This document shows, piece after piece, positions 58,731 through 59,600 of a DNA stretch of 59,600 nucleotides. The DNA lies in NCBI GenBank assembly GCA_947096075.1, contig CAMUQE010000001.1, positions 1-59,600 on the forward strand, written 5' to 3'. Every line of letters begins with the position of its first letter. Position 1 is the stretch's first letter. Below the pieces are notes generated by a model. That model saw only the letters and a program-made list of their open reading frames with translations. It searched no databases and was not told the origin of the DNA. Origin of the DNA: Veillonella parvula (GTDB lineage: Bacteria > Bacillota > Negativicutes > Veillonellales > Veillonellaceae). The position numbers were made by a program, and so were the translations under genes.

Positions 58731-58766
58731 TTTCTCACAGTTTCTCAAAATCTAATATGTTAGTAT
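58731..58766 (+). promoter_or_regulatory. Direct repeat TTTCTCA-N3-TTTCTCA upstream of an extended -10
   Basis: tttctca at 58731 and 58741 (10-bp period); TG-T-TAGTAT at 58758-58766. Confidence 0.4.
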
Positions 58767-58811
58767 AAATAGGATGATGATGAATAAGCATGCTAGATTT
58801 GAGGAGGAACG

Positions 58812-59414
58812 ATGAAGACATCTGTAATATTACACGGTTTACATAATGAATTTACTTTAGATCAAATGAAAGCATGCATAGAACTTGCTGAAAAATATGG
58901 CGGCTCCTTTCGTCATGTTGTAACAGGTATACAAATTACAGGTATTGAAAAAGATGATAAGGAACAGTTAATTTCTGAATTGCCTGATGGCGTGACAACT
59001 GTTATTCATAGAGGTGTTAATTCCTTAATTGCCTGTGTAGGTAAAGGCCATTGTAAAAATGGACAAATGGAAACTAAAGAATTGGCTGATTATGTAGAGA
59101 GAAAACACTACGGCCGAAAAACATCTCATAAGTGCAAGATTGGCATCAGTGGATGTGGACGTAATTGCCCTGATGCGATGGTGAAAGATATTGCTTTTAT
59201 TGGTACATCTCAAGGTTTTATGTTGGCTGTTGGTGGTAATACAGGTATGAGACCAGAAGCAGGAAAAATTTTAGCAAGAAAACTAACTATTGAGCAATCT
59301 AAAAAAGCTGTAGACATTTTGATTGATTGGTATGCTAAAAATGGTGAACCTCGTGAACGTATGGGACAATTGTTAGAAAGACTTGGAAATCCACTTGAAG
59401 GTGTAGAACTATAA
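58812..59414 (+). CDS. Stand-alone nitrite/sulfite reductase-type siroheme/[4Fe-4S] domain protein
   Basis: ACVGKGHCKNG and KIGISGCGRNC (four Cys ligands), DIAFIG, VGG, ERMGQLLERLG; SD GAGGAGG. Confidence 0.8.
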   Translation: MKTSVILHGLHNEFTLDQMKACIELAEKYGGSFRHVVTGIQITGIEKDDKEQLISELPDGVTTVIHRGVNSLIACVGKGHCKNGQMETKELADYVERKHYGRKTSHKCKIGISGCGRNCPDAMVKDIAFIGTSQGFMLAVGGNTGMRPEAGKILARKLTIEQSKKAVDILIDWYAKNGEPRERMGQLLERLGNPLEGVEL

Positions 59415-59600
59415 ATTGTAATATTTTTAGTACTAATTACTTTATGGTCCTTAGGCTATACATTTTTACAATCAAAAAGTATTTTTACTGAGAGTTTCAT
59501 AATAACAAAATTATAATATATATAAACACTTATACTATTTCAGGTTTTAATAATAGAAATTTTATTAGATCAACATATTCCAATGTTTAAATTTGGGGAT

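Noticed and set aside
797..59213. The many short antisense or alternate-frame ORFs in the ORF track (e.g. 11555-11866, 34819-35211, 35925-36308)
   Set aside because: They overlap conserved housekeeping genes and lack recognisable motifs, so they are expected shadow ORFs.
58731..59600. CIRCE element or hrcA expected after lepA-hemW
   Set aside because: No TTAGCACTC-N9-GAGTGCTAA and no hrcA ORF in the window; the last ~185 bp are AT-rich intergenic sequence that cannot be interpreted without the next gene.
1..59600. CRISPR array, prophage, integrase/transposase or defence island
   Set aside because: No spaced direct repeats and no such ORFs; the window is almost entirely core genes.

Overview
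Low-GC core-chromosome segment. Gene content and order suggest a Veillonella-like Negativicute (inference from the IspH-S1 fusion, short EF-Ts, a lipid A-type phosphoethanolamine transferase alongside Firmicute-type operons, and a PASTA kinase). About 57 densely packed, apparently intact CDSs lie nearly all on the + strand; the exceptions are the EptA-like gene and rqcH. They form classic Firmicute blocks: scpAB-rluB-cmk-plsC-ispH/rpsA; der-plsY-gpsA; rsmD-coaD; rqcH/yloC-remA-gmk-rpoZ-coaBC; SAM-I riboswitch-metK-priA-def-fmt-rsmB-rlmN-prpC-prkC-rsgA-rpe; rpsB-tsf-pyrH-frr-uppS-cdsA-dxr-rseP-ispG-proS; miaB-mutSL-miaA; mnmA-lepA-hemW. I see no prophage, transposase, CRISPR array, rRNA or complete tRNA. 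The most striking unexplained signal is the ~100-nt leader of mnmA. It holds two hairpins with anticodon-arm geometry whose loops (CUUUUAC and CUUUCAC) copy tRNA-Lys(UUU) and tRNA-Glu(UUC), which are MnmA's own substrates, so it is a candidate tRNA-mimic autoregulatory element. Other leads are an internal start that could yield free S1 from the ispH-rpsA fusion, a P-loop/Asp23 fusion next to a PHP gene and miaB, a small PASTA-like ORF coupled to uppS, and a stand-alone half-size siroheme/4Fe-4S protein. All calls come from reading the sequence and recalled motifs; no searches or folding programs were run.
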